Assembly (NCBI GenBank): GCA_964016885.1
Contig: OZ024743.1
Coordinates: 258,354,001 to 258,418,000, forward strand
Direction: 5' to 3'
DNA length: 64,000 nt
From: Eledone cirrhosa
Lineage: Eukaryota
This document shows, piece after piece, positions 39,276 through 52,800 of the stretch; positions within the stretch are counted from its first letter, which is position 1, and each line of letters starts with the position of its first letter. The position numbers and the translations under genes are program-made. The notes under the pieces were generated by a model. The model had not been told where the DNA came from. It saw nothing but the letters and a program-made list of their open reading frames with translations, and did no database searches.

Positions 39276-40431
39276 TGTTTGAAGAATTTGAATACAAGTA
39301 TATAAGTGTAGACATAATTGTTGAGTTAATGTTTATATCTCATGTGGCCATGTAGGTAACACGGTAAAAAGTTCCCAGTCCACACTGTAAATGTGGTTGC
39401 TGTTACGAAGGGCATCCAGCCATAGAAAACCTGTCAGATAGTCCTATATGAGCGAGACACAATCACCAGACCAATCTTGCCGCAAGTGGGACAACTCCCG
39501 TCTAACTCATGCTAGCATGGAAGATAGACGTTGAACGGTGATGATGATGATGATCTCATTTGCAATTTGCATGGATCATCATCAACATTTTACATCTATT
39601 TTCCTATGCTAGTATGGAATGTGCTGCCCAACACAATTTAGTTATTAGTGATATCTGAATATACACAAGATGGAACAAGATACTCAGCAAAATATGGAGT
39701 CAGAGGTTATGGAAGCTAAAGGACCATTCTGTTAGATATTGGCTTAGAAAGGCACTACGGGATACATATGATGAGAGGGGAGAGGAGTTAGAGGATAATT
39801 GATAATTCTTTAATAACAACCTATTGCAAACTACAGAAAGAGAGTGGTCTGAAGGTGGAACAGCATAGTGGATAGAGCCAAGAGACAGGTGTGGAAAGAC
39901 AAGAAAACTGGAGATAGAAGGACCAATATAAATTAGCTAAGAGAGCAGCTAGACGACAGGTATAAATAACTCAGAAAGAGGCTGGAAAAAGAAAGTTTGC
40001 CAATATCTTGTGAAGTGAGGATCAGAGTCATGAGGTATTCTGCATTACAAGGCAGTATGTCAGAGTGAAACATGATGTTGTTGGGAAAAAGTGTGTTAGA
40101 AATGACATTAGTGCAGATAGCACTATTGATGCTCAAAAGAAAGAGGCCTGAAAATGTTACTGTGGAGGCAGATGAATGTGGAAAATGAATGGGAAGATGA
40201 GAGACTACCCACACAGAAAAAGTAATGTCTCAGTGTATTAGGTATTAGTCCTTCATCAGAAAAGAGTAAAGGTAGGAGAAAGAGGAGGTTGGAAGGTTGA
40301 AGAATCAAAAAGTGTTTATCAGGATCAGGGTCTATCATTGGTACTGATATGTGTATGTACAAATAGGATGTATTTTGTGTGTGTATTCACGTGATATGTG
40401 TGTATGTATACATGTGTGTAGCATTTGAGGG

Positions 40432-40479
<48 letters not shown>

Positions 40480-41309
40480 TTCATAAATGCATATATACAT
40501 ACATATGCTTGCAGATTCTGTGGTGTCTACTCTCCTAGATGGGTTGCCTTCACTATGGCTTACAGAGCCCATGTGCAGTTGTTTTTAATCAGAGTTACTG
40601 CCTTCTTAAATGGGTTGCCTTCATTATGGCTTAAGGAGTCCTTGTCTGCTGCCCCATGTAGTCATCTTTAATTGAAGTCACTTCCCTCTTAGATGAGCTG
40701 CCTTCACTATGGCTTATGGAGTTCATGTCTGTACTGTGCAGTCATTTTTAATCAAAATGAATGCTCTCCTAGACCCTCATCTAAACAGGGCAGTCAAGGG
40801 CAGTAACTCATGCATCTTAAGAATCCCACATTGGTATTCCTATGCATAGTTACAGTCTACACATTACTGAATTGAGATAAGTCATATGAAAGGGTATATG
40901 TGCAAAATAATGGACTGGAGGGTGGTGGAACATGGTTTAAAAGGATATGTCTGTAAAACAAAAGACCAGAAGCTGGTCGAAAAGGGGTGGGATACAGTGA
41001 TGATGTAGTAGGTCACTAATAAGAGGGAGAACATTTAAACACAAAGCAGAGAGAAACATTTATGGAAGTTAATGAAATTGACTGAGAAATAAATAAAATA
41101 GGATAGATAGATCTGAGCTTATTTGTTGCCAATGTAAAACAACTGGATAGAACAGACCAAGTAGTTTTCAAGAGGTGAATCTTATCAAATATTAACATGT
41201 AAGTAGTTGAGTATTCCACAAACACATCATCATTATTATCATGACCGTTTAACATCAGGTCAGTGTGTCACACAAACCTGACCTAGGAATTACATTCATG
41301 GTCCACATG

Positions 41310-41720
41310 TAAGGTTGTAGTCCCTGTGTCCCAACAAAAAACACACAGTCCACTGTAAGGTGGTAGTACCTGTGCCACAACAAAAAACACACAGTTCACT
41401 CTGTAAGCAACAAAAAGCACCCAGCTATTCTATAAGGCAGTAATGATGTTGTCATGGAAAAAAAACACCCAGTCCACCTTGTAAGGTGTTAGTACTAATG
41501 CCAAAACTAAAAGCACCCAGTTAACTCAGTACAGTGTTATCACCGGTACCACAACCAAAAACACCCAGTTCACCTTGCAAGGTTGAAGTAGTGGAGCTAC
41601 AACAAAATGCACTCTGTCCACCTTGTAAGGTGGTAGAGCTGATGCCATGAAAAAAGCTCCCAATTAACACTGTAAAGTTGGGGTCAAGAGGAGCATCAAG
41701 CTGAAGAAAACCAGGTCCCA
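41310..41720 (+). repeat. Degenerate tandem amplification of a SINE body segment
   Basis: About 7 copies of AAAA(G/A)CACCCAGT(C/T)CAC..TGTAAGGT, resembling 8010-8045. Confidence 0.55.
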
Positions 41721-43037
41721 AAATGAAGTGTACGAGCATGACATAGTTACATAACCTGTTTGACATCATAATGTGGCACCCTGTGTAACCCATGCAAACA
41801 TCAAAAACAGTTGTTAAATGATGATGATGATGATGATGATGATGATGTGTTTGTGGAATACTCAACCACTTACATGTTAATTAATTAGTCAGATATTCTA
41901 TTGATTGAACAACTGGATGTTCATTATCAAAGCCAACAGATTTATCTTATCTATCTATATATATATATAAAACTGAGGTTGTCTGTCTGTCTATCGATTT
42001 TTGGCACACATCTCCTCTTAGAATCTCTCACGGAATTGCACCGAAATTGCTATACTTGTACATTGAGCCCTAGCGAAGACATCGGAAAAACAAAAATTTC
42101 AAATTGACCCACCCTATGCACTGTACTGCCTTTGTATGCTACAACGCTTTAAAAGTTCGGCGAGTTCATTACTTCGTAAGTTATTGATATTTATTTTTTT
42201 ATTACGACGGTTAGCAAACTTTCCCTATTAAACGTTTAAATTAATTTTACGGTCTTATAAGGCTGAATTTACTTTAATTTGGGTTATCGTTATGTTTTCT
42301 TAACTTCATAAGGCATATTGTTGGTTGAGGGAATATTAATCAAAAACACCACATGCAAGTCTGCACAGTAGACACTACAGTTTTTAAGCCAAAAAAGAAA
42401 CTTAACTTTGTAACTTTAACACAGCTACTGAGCGACCCCGAGCAACGCCGGGCTTTACTGCTAGTCTATATATATAAAACTGTGGTTGTCTGTCTGTCTA
42501 TCGATTTTTGGCACACATCTCCTCTTAGAATCTCTCACGGAATTGCACCGAAATTGCTATACTTGTACATTGAGCCCTAGCGAAGATATCGGAAAAAAAA
42601 TATTTCAAATTGACCCGCCCTATCTGACGAAATCGAATATAATGTATCGATTTCCCTTTGTTCTGTTTACATTGAGCGTCTGCGTGCAAAAATTAAAAAA
42701 ATTACGCTGGCTTTCTCAGCGTTTAAAATGACATTAACACACTGCAAAATTCATCAGTTCGAACACTAAACTTCCGTTTTGCTTCATTTCCATTTAAAAG
42801 CCTTTTAAAACAATATTTTTACTTGAAAACAAGTCTATTTAAAGACTACGTAAAACAAGCAAATATTTCGTAAAAAAAAGCAAAAATTATATAAGTTTAT
42901 TTAAAATATATGTATCTGTAAATTTCGTTAGGCGTGCAGACAGACTTTAAGCCAAAAAAGAAACTTAACATTGTAACTTTAACACAGCTACTGAGCGACC
43001 CCGAGCAACGCCGGGCTGTATCTGTAAATTTCGTTAG

Positions 43038-43215
43038 GCGTGCAGACAGACAGTCGTGCAGACAGATAGTCGTGCAGAGAGGTGATATACGCGTGCAGAC
43101 AGATAGTCGTGCAGAGAGGTGATATACGCGTGCAGACAGATAGTGGTGCAGAGAGGTGATATAGGCGTGCAGACAGACAGTCGTGCAGAGAGGTGATATA
43201 GGCGTGCAGACAGAC
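43038..43215. repeat. 37-bp minisatellite inside Helitron units (also ~43989-44150 and ~46340-46440)
   Basis: GCGTGCAGACAGA(C/T)AGTCGTGCAGAGAGGTGATATA(G/C) repeats. Confidence 0.85.
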
Positions 43216-44919
43216 ATAACTGATAATTTGGTTACGCTAATGTTTTTCTCTGCGTTGCAGTGTTTACATTTTCGATCTTTGTTAATAAATAACCAGTGCA
43301 GTTTCTATCCCCAGCATCCTCTTTTGTTATAACATTCGGGTTATCGTTATGTTTTCTTAACTTCATAAGGCATATTGTTGGTTGAGGGAATATTAATCAA
43401 AAACACCACATGCAAGTCTGCACAGTAGACACTACAGTTTTTAAGCCAAGAAAGAAACTTAACATTGTAACTTTAACACAGCTACTGAGCGACCCCGAGC
43501 AACGCCGGGCTTTACTGCTAGTCTATATATATAAAACTGTGGTTGTCTGTCTGTCTATCGATTTTTGGCACACATCTCCTCTTAGAATCTCTCACGGAAT
43601 TGCACCGAAATTGCTATACTTGTACATTGAGCCCTAGCGAAGACATCGGAAAAAAAAATTTCAAATTGACCCACCCTATGTGACGAAATCGAATATAATG
43701 TATCGATTTTTGAGCGTAAGTTATCAGTTATTTCCCTTTGTTCTGTTTACATTGAGCATCTTACGTAAAAAATTACGCTGGCTTTCTCAGCGTTTAAAAT
43801 GACATTAACACAATACACGAACAGACAGTTGTCGAGCCAGCAAAATAATGACCTGCAAAATTCATCAGTTCGAACACTAAGCTTCCGTTTTGCTTCATTT
43901 CCATTTAAAAGCATTTTAAAACAATATTTTTTACTTGAAAACAAGTCTATTTAAAGACTACGTAAAACAAGCAAATATTTCGTCGTTAGGCGTGCAGACA
44001 GATAGTCGTGCAGAGAGGTGATATACGCGTGCAGACAGACAGTCGTGCAGAGAGGTGATATAGGCGTGCAGACAGACAGTCGTGCAGAGAGGTGATATAG
44101 GCGTGCAGACAGACAGTCGTGCAGAGAGGTGATATAGGCGTGCAGACAGACATAACTGATAATTTGGTTACGCTAATGTTTTTCTCTGCGTTGCAGTGTT
44201 TACATTTTCGATCTTTGTTAATAAATAACCAGTGCAGTTTCTTTCCCCAGCATCCTCTTTTGTTATAACATTCGGGTTATCGTTATGTTTTCTTAACTTC
44301 ATAAGACATATTGTTGGTTGAGAGAATATTAATCAAAAACACCACATGCAAGTCTGCACAGTAGACACTACAGTTTTTAAGCCAAGAAAGAAACTTAACA
44401 TTGTAACTTTAACACAGCTACTGAGCGACCCCGAGCAACGCCGGGCTTTACTGCTAGTCTATATATATAAAACTGTGGTTGTCTGTCTGTCTATCGATTT
44501 TTGGCACACATCTCCTCTTAGAATCTCTCACGGAATTGCACCGAAATTGCTATACTTGTACATTGAGCCCTAGCGAAGACATCGGAAAAAAATATTTCAA
44601 ATTGACCCGCCCTATCTGACGAAATCGAATATAATGTATCGATTTTTGAGCGTAAGTGATCAGTTATTTCCCTTTGTTCTGTTTACATTGAGCGTCTGCG
44701 TGCAAAAATTAAAAAAATTACGCTGGCTTTCTCAGCGCTTAAAATGACATTAACACAATAATTTTTACTTGAAAACAAGTCTATTTAAAGACTACGTAAA
44801 ACAAGCAAATATTTCGTAAAAAAAAGCAAAAATTATATAAGTTTATTTAAAATATATGTATCTGTAAATTTCGTTAGGCGTGCAGTCAGTTTTATATATA
44901 TAGATGATAAACAATAATA

Positions 44920-45474
44920 TCCTCTATGAGGTCACTAACCCTGCTAGAAACAGCAGCTAACTCTCCCTCATATCACACCACTCCCTACTGTCTTAAATTT
45001 AGAAAACACATATCCTCTATGAGGTTACTAAACCTGCTAGAAACAGCAGCTAACTCTCCCTCATATCACACCCCTCCCTACTGTCTTAAATTTAGAAAAC
45101 ACATATCCTCTATGAGGTTACTAAACCTGCTAGAAACAGCAGCTAACTCTCCCCCATATCACACCCCTCTCTACTGTCTTAAATTTAGAAAACATATCTT
45201 CTATGAGGTCACTAAACCTGCTAGAAACAGCAGCTAACTCTCCCTCATATCACACCACTCCCTACTGTCTTAAATTTAGAAAACACATATCCTCTATGAG
45301 GTCACTAAACCTGCTAGAAACAGCAGCTAACTCTCCCTCATATCACACCACTCCCTACTGTCTTAAATTTAGAAAACACATATCCTCTATGAGGTCACTA
45401 AATCTGCTAGAAACAACAGCTAACTCTCCCTCATATCACAACCCTCCCTACTGTCTTAAATTTAGAAAACACAC
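44920..45474. repeat. 93-bp tandem repeat x6 embedded in the Helitron array
   Basis: Units start at 44920, 45013, 45106, 45197, 45290, 45383. Confidence 0.9.
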
Positions 45475-48400
45475 AGACAACCATGCAGAACAACTCCATC
45501 GCAGCTCTGTTGTTCGGCTGGCATCGTCTACTCGCGTGTTGCGCAAGTACTGTGAAACAATAAATTTCAACACTTTTTTGCACAGAGATAATATCCATAG
45601 GCGAAACTACAATTGTCACTGCTGGCGCAGCTCATGCTTCCAGGTCTGCAATTCATTCACCCAGTGCCTGGCAGACAAAAAAGTGCTGCAACCTAACTTT
45701 GGTAACTTAATGACCCCGAGCAACGCCGGGCTTTAATGCTAGTATATATATATAAAACTGTGGTTGTCTGTCTGTCTATCGATTTTTGGCACACATCTCC
45801 TCTTAGAATCTCTCACGGAATTGCACCGAAATTGCTATACTTGTACATTGAGCCCTAGCGAAGACATCGGAAAAAAAATATTTCAAATTGACCCGCCCTA
45901 TCTGACGAAATCGAATATAATGTATCGATTTTTGAGCGTAAGTGATCAGTTATTTCCCTTTGTTCTGTTTACATTGAGCGTCTGCGTGCAAAAATTAAAA
46001 AAATTACGCTGGCTTTCTCAGCGTTTAAAATGACATTAACACACTGCAAAATTCATCAGTTCGAACACTAAACTTCCGTTTTGCTTCATTTCCATTTAAA
46101 AGCCTTTTAAAACAATATTTTTACTTGAAAACAAGTCTATTTAAAGACTACGTAAAACAAGCAAATATTTCGTAAAAAAAAGCAAAAATTATATAAGTTT
46201 ATTTAAAATATATGTATCTGTAAATTTCGTTAGGCGTGCAGACAGACTTTAAGCCAAAAAAGAAACTTAACATTGTAACTTTAACACACCTACTGAGCGA
46301 CCCCGAGCAACGCCGGGCTGTATCTGTAAATTTCGTTAGGCGTGCAGACAGACAGTCGTGCAGACAGATAGTGGTGCAGAGAGGTGATATAGGCGTGCAG
46401 ACAGACAGTCGTGCAGAGAGGTGATATAGGCGTGCAGACAGATATAACTGATAATTTGGTTACGCTAATGTTTTTCTCTGCGTTGCAGTGTTTACATTTT
46501 CGATCTTTGTTAATAAATAACCAGTGCAGTTTTTATCCCCAGCATCCTCTTTTGTTATAACATTCGGGTTATCGTTATGTTTTCTTAACTTCATAAGGCA
46601 TATTGTTGGTTGAGGGAATATTAATCAAAAACACCACATGCAAGTCTGCACAGTAGACATTACAGTTTTTAAGCCAAAAAAGAAACTTAACATTGTAACT
46701 TTAACACAGCTACTGAGCGACCCCGAGCAACGCCGGGCTTTACTGCTAGTAACTGATAATTTGGTTACGCTAATGTTTTTCTCTGCGTTGCAGTGTTTAC
46801 ATTTTCGATCTTTGTTAATAAATAACCAGTGCAGTTTTTATCCCCAGCATCCTCTTTTGTTATAGCATTCGGGTTATCGTTATGTTTTCTTAACTTCATA
46901 AGGCATATTGTTGGTTGAGGGAATATTAATCAAAAACACCACATGCAAGTCTGCACAGTAGACACTACAGTTTTTAAGCCAAAAAAGAAACTTAACATTG
47001 TAACTTTAACACAGCTACTGAGCGACCCCGAGCAACGCCGGGCTTTACTGCTAGTACATGATAAAACACTTTTAGTCTTCTAATCTTTTACTTGTTTCTC
47101 TCATTAGAGTCTGGCCATACTGGGGCACAACAGCAATCAGTCATTTTGACCCCAGTATGTATTTTCATCTTTTTTAAGTCTGGCATTTATTAAATTGATC
47201 TCTCTTTGTTGAACAAATATGTCTACATAGTGTTGAAGATGCAATGGTAGGAGAGAATATTTTTTTAAAACGACATTCATTGTTAGACACTTGTCAACTC
47301 TTCTAACTTAACCCTTTAGCATTTATACCAGCTGTATCCAGCCAGAATTCTCTCACCTCTTTCTGTTCAAACCAGCAGTAACTGGCCACTCATACTGATA
47401 TCAAGGTATTGTTCTCAAAATAAATATCAAAATATCATAGATTTGATATTATGTGAGATAATTATGTGAAATGTTTACCATGAAAATATAAGAGTAAATA
47501 TAAAGTAATGTAAATGCTAAAGCGTTAAAAGTGAAGCTGAGGGAGGGAAATAAATATATACATATACACCAGGTCCAAACACAAAGGAACAAAACTCCTA
47601 CTGTTACTGCCTCTGTCTCTCCCACTCTCCCCATTTCACATTATGAGCAAATGGCAGCCCATGTGCTGATCCCCCAGCAGACAGAATAAAGAAGGCATTT
47701 CTGCTGGTAGCCAACTCTGTGCCAATGGTGGTGAGTAGGGTGGCGGCCCTAGGGCCAAGGACACCAGAAGTCTCCACTGCTAGAATATCGCCACCAATAA
47801 GTTATTGAACATAAATAAACAATACTAACATAAATGTAACTGCTAATGTAGGGGGAGGGCTACACACACACGTATCTGTTTGTTTGTGTGTGTATAGAAA
47901 GGTGTTCCCAACAGTTTGCATCTACTAAACTTTATTCATCACAGAGCATTGGTCAATTCTATGAAACTCTAGTAGATGACATTACTTGTTGCAGGCCAAG
48001 GTGCCACACAGTGAGACCTGAAACCATGTTAGCTATTTTGGGTGTGAAAAAAATTCTTAACCAAACAGTCATGTCTAAAATAAATAAACATGAATAAATA
48101 GATAAATATTTTCAAAATAATAAAGGTAATATATAAAATTTCAATGGAAAATTTTTAGAAAAAAATTCACAAAAAGAACCAAGACAAAAAAGGCCAGAAA
48201 CCTCAACCCTACATCACACCACACTCCTTTCTCCACCACCACTACTATTACAACAACAACATCAACAAGAGAGCTTCATTGATTTCAGTGTGAAATATAG
48301 TTAAAGGTTTTCACAAATATTCTGAACAAATGAATTTGATATTATGTTGTATTTGTATTGTTATTTCTGAAACAAAAGCAACAAGAAGTGTTGTTGTTGT

Positions 48401-49115
48401 TGTTGTGGTGGTGGTTGTCATGGTGGCAATGGTAGTAGTAGTATTGTAGTCATTGAAGTAGTGGTGGTGGGGGTAGTTGTGGCGTTGATGCTGGTTGTCA
48501 TAGTCAGAGGTGGCATTGGAGGTGTTTATAGTCATGGTGCTCATGATAGTGGCAGTGTAATCATTGAAGTAGTGATTTTGGTGTTGATGGTGGTGGTATT
48601 GATGCTGGTTATTATAGTGGTAGTAGCTGTGGTGATAATGGTGATGGTTACACACACACACACACACCTGTGATAATTGTTTATGTACATCACCTAGTGA
48701 TTCCAATATTCACAAGGCCAGCAATTACCCAGTACATTACTGGTACTTTATTTTATCGACCCCGTAAGGATGAAAGACAAAATGAACCTTGGTGGGATTC
48801 CTCATTAAAAGGACAGTGAGTTGGTGGAATCATTAGAATTTCAGACAAACTTATTTGTCACATTTCTTTTATGGCACTTTGCATTCTAAGTTCAAATTCT
48901 CCCAAGGTCAGATTTATCTTGATTTAGTTGATCGAATTTCCTCTCTTCCTGCCAAACTACTAGCCTTGTTCCTATGCTAGAAATAATTATTATTATCATT
49001 AAAGCTGCTGTTTCTGTTGTATGACTATCCTGTGTTGTATAAGGAAAAACATAGCCTTAATGCTGTTCCTACCGATATCAATCTCTTAGAATTTATAATC
49101 ATTATTACCATTTTC

Positions 49116-49300
49116 AGTGGATTGGCAGTATCAGTAGAGGGTCTGACGCTATGCATGCAGTGAAGAGTTACAGCCCTTTATGGTCTGAGTTCAAATCCCA
49201 CCAAGGTTAACTTTGTCTTTCATCCTTATGGGGATCGATAAAATAAAGTACCAGTAATGCACTGATTATTGCTGGCCTTGTGCCAAAAGTAGAAACAATT
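49116..49300 (+). mobile_element. SINE (family of 25405)
   Basis: Aligns by eye with 25405-25588. Confidence 0.8.
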
Positions 49301-49327
49301 ATTACCATTGTCATCACTATTACCATT

Positions 49328-49865
49328 TTCTTCTTCTTTACCCATTTATTCCCGAGAGAGTCATGGGGGGGGGGGGGCAGAGTCCTCAAACACTCCTTCC
49401 AGTATGTCCTGTCAGAAGCAACCATCTCCAACTGATCTGGCTGGATCCCCATGCATGACCAGCCAAACCCATAGATGTTATCCAATCATCTTGTTTGGGG
49501 TCTATCCCTGGGTCTCTTGTCGGTTGGTTTTGCCCGTAAAATTTGTCCAGACATTCTTTCCTGAGACATTATAGCCACATGCCCATAGTATCGGAGCTGT
49601 GATCTCTCAATTTGGAGAAGTAGCGGTTCTAGCAGGAGTTTTTCTCTGATCTCTGAGCTATGCATTTTATCGAGTAACGTTACTCCAAAAACCCTTTGGA
49701 GGAATCCTATTTCTGTCACTTGTATTTGCGATCGTATTCTTTCGATCATTACCTTAGGTAAGGGTTGGCACAAAAACGAAATGAAGATAGCAAGTTTGGC
49801 TTTTACACCTAGCTCCCTTCTTCTGATTACTGAATGATGAAGCTGGCGCATTACTGCACCAGATT
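49328..49865 (-). mobile_element. RTE (Expander/Rex3-like) LINE 3' fragment
   Basis: RELGVKAKLAIF...RIRSQIQ..EIGFL.RV.GVTL.DK..SSEIRE.L..EPLLL.IERSQLR.YGHV; (AAG)n tail. Confidence 0.8.
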
Positions 49866-49899
49866 TTACTTTTCTTGCACTTAATTTAGTCTCCTGCCT

Positions 49900-52800
49900 T
49901 TATCATTGTCATCACTATCACCATTGTCACCACTATTACCATTGTCATCACTATTACCATTGTCATCACTAGTATCATTGTCATCACTATTACCGTCGTC
50001 ATCACTATTACCATTGTCATCACTATTATCATTGTCATCACTATTACCATTGTCATCACTATTCATTGTCATCACTATTACCATTGTCATCACTATTACC
50101 ATAGTCATCACTATTATCATTGTCATCACTATTACCATTGTCATCACTATTACCATTGTCATCACTATTACCATTGTCATCACTATTATCATTGTCATCA
50201 CTATTATCATTGTCATGACTATTATCATCGTCATCACTATTACGATTGTCATCACTATTATCATTGTCATCACTATTATCATTGTCATCACTATTATCAT
50301 TGTCATCACTATTACAATTGTGATCACTATTACCATTGCCATCACTATTACCATCGTCATCACTATTACCATTGTCATCACTATTATCATTGTCATCACT
50401 ATTACCATCGTCATCACTATTACCATTGTCATCACTATTATCATTGTCATCACTATTACCATCGTCATCACTATTACCATTGTCATCACTATTACCATTG
50501 TCATCACTATTACCATCGTCATCACTATTACCATTGTCATCACTATTACCATTGTCATCACTATTACCATTGTCATCACTATTATCATTGTCATCACTAT
50601 TATCATCGTCATCACTATTACCATTGTCATCACTATTATCATTGTCATCACTATTACCATCGTCATTACTATTACCATTGTCATCACTGTTACCATTGTC
50701 ATCAGTATTATCATCGTCATCACTATTATCATTGTCATCACTATTACCATTGTCATCACTATTATCATTGTCATCACTATTACCATTGTCATCACTATTA
50801 ACATCATCATCACTATTACCATTGTCATCACTATTACCATTGTCATCACTATTCATTGTCATCACTATTACCATTGTCATCACTATTATCATTGTCATCA
50901 CTATTACCATTGTCATCACTATTCATTGTCATCACTATTACCATTGTCATCCCTATTACAATTGTCATCACTATTACCATTGTCATCACTATTATCATTG
51001 TCATCACTATTACCATTGTCATCACTATTACCATTGTCATCACTATTACAATTGTCATCACTATTACCATTGTCATCACTATTACCATTGTCATCACTAT
51101 TACCATTGTCATCACTATTATCATTGTCATCACTATTATCATTGTCATCACTATTATCAACGTCATGACTATTATCATCGTCATGACTATTACCATTGTC
51201 ATTACTATTGCCATCGTCATCACTATTATCATTGTCATCACTATTATCATTGTCATCACTATTACCATTGTCATCACTATTATCATTGTCATCACTATTA
51301 TCATTGTCATCACTATTATCATTGTCATCACTATTATCATTGTCATCACTATTACCATTGTCATCACTATTATCATTGTCATCACTATTACCATTGTCAT
51401 CACTATTATCATTGTCATCACTATTATCATTGTCATCACTATTACCATTGTCATCACTATTATCATCGTCATCACTATTACCATTGTCATCACTATTACC
51501 ATCGTCATCACTATTATCAATGTCATCACTATTATCATTGTCATCACTATTATCATTGTCATCACTATTACCATTGTCATCACTATTACCATTGTCATGA
51601 CTAGTATCATTGTCATCACTATTACCATCGTCATCACTATTATCATTGTCATCACTATTATCATTGTCATCACTATTATCATTGTCATCACTATTATCAT
51701 TGTCATCACTATTACCATTGTCATCACTATTATCATTGTCATCACTATTATCATTGTCATCACTATTATCATCGTCATCACTATTACCATTGTCATCACT
51801 ATTACCATCGTCATCACTATTATCATTGTCATCACTATTGCCATTGTCATCACTATTATCATTGTCATCACTATTATCATTGTCATCACTATTATCATTG
51901 TCATCACTATTACAATTGTGATCAATATTACCATTGTCATCACTATTATCATTGTCATCACTATTATCATTGTCATCACTATTATCATTGTCATCACTAT
52001 TATCATTGTCATCAATATTACCATTGTCATCACTATTACCATCGTCATCATTATTATCATTGTCATCACTATTACCATTGTCATCACTATTACCATTGTC
52101 ATCACTATTATCATCGTCATGACTATTACCATTGTCATCACTATTATCATTGTCATCACTATTACCATCGTCATCACTATTACCATTGTCATCACTATTA
52201 CCATTGTCATCACTATTACCATTGTCATCACTATTATCATCGTCATCACTATTATCATTGTCATCACTATTACCATTGTCATCACTATTATCATCGTCAT
52301 CACTATTATCATTGTCATCACTATTACCATTGTCATCACTATTACCATTGTCATCACTATTACCATTGTCATCACTATTATCATCGTCATGACTATTACC
52401 ATTGTCATCACTATTATCATTGTCATCACTATTCATTGTCATCACTATTATCATTGTCATCACTATTACCATTGTCATCACTATTACCATTGTCATCACT
52501 ATTACCATCGTCATCACTATTACCATCGTCATTACTATTACCATTGTCATCACTGTTACCATTGGCATCACTATTATCATCGTCATCACTATTATCATTG
52601 TCATCACTATTACTATTGTCATCACTATTACCATTGTCATCACTATTACAATTGTCATCACTATTCATTGTCATCACTATTACCATTGTCATCACTATTA
52701 CCATTGTCATCACTATTACCATTGTCATCACTATTCATTGTCATCACTATTACCATTGTCATCACTATTACCATTGTCATCACTATTACCATTGTCATCA

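Larger units (their letters stand above)
41954..47054 (+). mobile_element. Head-to-tail array of non-autonomous Helitrons
   Basis: A|TC start; 3' hairpin CCCGAGCAACGCCGGG plus CTAG ends at 42464, 43521, 44457, 45742, 46749, 47054 (|T); CTAG|TCTATATATATAAAACTG junctions. Confidence 0.85.

Noticed and set aside
44920-45736. 93-bp repeats as a CRISPR array or repeat-protein ORF
   Set aside because: Contiguous near-identical units without unique spacers, a 91-bp unit breaks the frame, eukaryotic context, no cas genes.
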